A stretch of 64,000 nt of DNA, from contig NW_027266330.1 of the NCBI RefSeq assembly GCF_022045235.1, positions 51,646,001-51,710,000 of the forward strand, written 5' to 3'. Shown in pieces: positions 62,303 to 64,000 of the stretch (within the stretch, counting starts at the first letter, position 1; each line of letters starts with the position of its first letter). The position numbers were made by a program, and so were the translations under genes. The DNA is from Haliotis cracherodii (taxonomy: Eukaryota). The notes beneath the pieces are model-generated. The model searched no databases. It was not told the DNA's origin and was given only the letters and a program-made list of their open reading frames with translations.

Positions 62303-64000
62303 AGCATCAATAGCTCCCCGCCATATAATGTTATGTGCAGAGGAAGGAAGTGTAAGCTATGGGAGGAGAGAATTTGTGTTAAGTACAAATTGGTTGTTGT
62401 TAATGTACTTATCTTTGGAAAGCACAATAAAAGAAACAGTGTCTTTAATTGGTCAGCACAAAGAAAACCCAGGCAAGACAACTGGGCCTGTCAGGCAAAA
62501 CTTGATATATACCCAAATTAGTACCTATAAAAAAAATCCTATATAGATAATACAACAAATGTCACTCTAAAGCATGCTTTTGCAGCAAATATCAATATTT
62601 CTGGTCAAAATGTTGGTTGGTTTAAATAAAGCAAACTTTTGAAATAGTAAACACAAAAAATGTAATGAATCCACTCTAAATATACTTCATTTCAAATGTA
62701 AAATTTCACGAAATCATTCATGGATTCCCATTTATCTAGCAGCAAGTTAGGAACATACAGTTTGGTCACGTTATCTATAAATATTGAGAATTATCTTACA
62801 TATTGTAAAAACAACGGCCATAGGTCACTTTTCTCAAAAACTTCTTTTAAGTAATCACAAACTAAAAATTGAAAAAATTGTAGATATACAAAAAACCCAA
62901 CCCCATTTGAACAACGTCTCTGTGAAACATGTGATGTCTCAGAAGATGAACAACATTACGCACTGTTTTACATAATACAACCAAGAAAGAGAATCACAAA
63001 TAATCCCCAATCATGATAAAGAATTTGGTACAATGTGTTAAAAGGAGCAGATTCTTAATAAGTTTACCAACAGTTATCCAGAAACAACTTCCAAGATCTG
63101 TTAACATATCAACAATTACAAACAAATTCCTTGTACATGTATGTACAACATTACCATAGTTTTGCTCAATTGTCATATTGCTTCCATATCATTATAATAC
63201 ACTTGTTTTAGAAATTAAATTGTACCTCTTTTGAATGTTGAATGTTCCTGTGTTTTTTAATTGTCGTTTATTGTGCATGTATTTTGTATTTTGTGATTGT
63301 GTAATATTGCCACTGTTTCTTCATGGAATGTTCCGCAATACATACATGTATCTCATCTAAAACATCTTTGTTGTATAATAGTTTCTTACAGTTATTTTAC
63401 GGGGGCATGGTTGGCCCAGTCGCCGAAGGCGCTGCAATTCGCTATGCAGAGTTGAGTCCCTTGGGCACGCCAGAAACCTATGACAGTGTGTTTGAATCTC
63501 GGTTCGCCCCGATTTTGTTGTCAGCACAAAACCCTTGCTCGTTGGTTTCACCAAAGTTGTGAACGTCTAAGACCTGCATCACTTCAGACTTTCCTCCCAC
63601 TTCAAGCTGACACGGAATACTATTCAAGACGGCGTTAAACCCAACTACCTCACTCACTCTTGTGTATGGTTCCGTTTGGTTAACTGGGTTTGTGTTGCGA
63701 TTGCTTCCGGCTTAGATTGGAAATTTGTTACTATGTTCAACCCCAACATCGTGAAGATATCATGGAACCGCATTATCTTTATGGAAAATAATTGCAAACT
63801 ACAGACCAACCTGTTGATTTCCTATGTATCCAGAAGCAAAGAACATATACGGGTGCATGATCTCTGCTGGAAGTTATTTTTTTTTTTGTCAAAGCAGTAA
63901 ACCATGCAGAAACGTAAACCGCCGCATGAAACGGTATGTACCATACATTACATACAGTGAAGTATTTAAAACAATGCTGTGCTCAACTATGCACAGCAAG

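Overview
AT-rich, repeat-dense eukaryotic genomic DNA. The SINE families and gene content suggest a gastropod mollusc such as abalone (inference; no search run). The main content is a head-to-tail tandem cluster of four spliced TNF-superfamily ligand genes on the + strand (15.1-19.0, 25.2-29.1, 36.4-42.1 and 47.4-53.5 kb). I reconstructed them by hand from GT-AG junctions with consistent phases, giving 215, 319, 295 and 282 aa type II membrane proteins. Three share an uncharacterised CxxC-x26-29-CC stalk module, and all four have a Val-Asn inside the TM helix. The first gene is highly divergent, and genes 2 and 3 are near-identical over only the last 171 coding nt. The first two coding exons of an FBXO36 homologue lie head-to-head on the - strand. 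The rest is mobile and repetitive DNA: four abundant SINE-like families sharing a LINE-type 3' tail, a decayed Academ-like transposase, two full-length Tc1 elements inside TNF introns, a PIF/Harbinger transposase pseudogene, an I/Nimb-type LINE 3' fragment, a Penelope GIY-YIG fragment, several MITEs and hierarchical minisatellites. Most short ORFs in the supplied track are repeat artefacts. Repeat boundaries are approximate unless a TSD or TIR is quoted.
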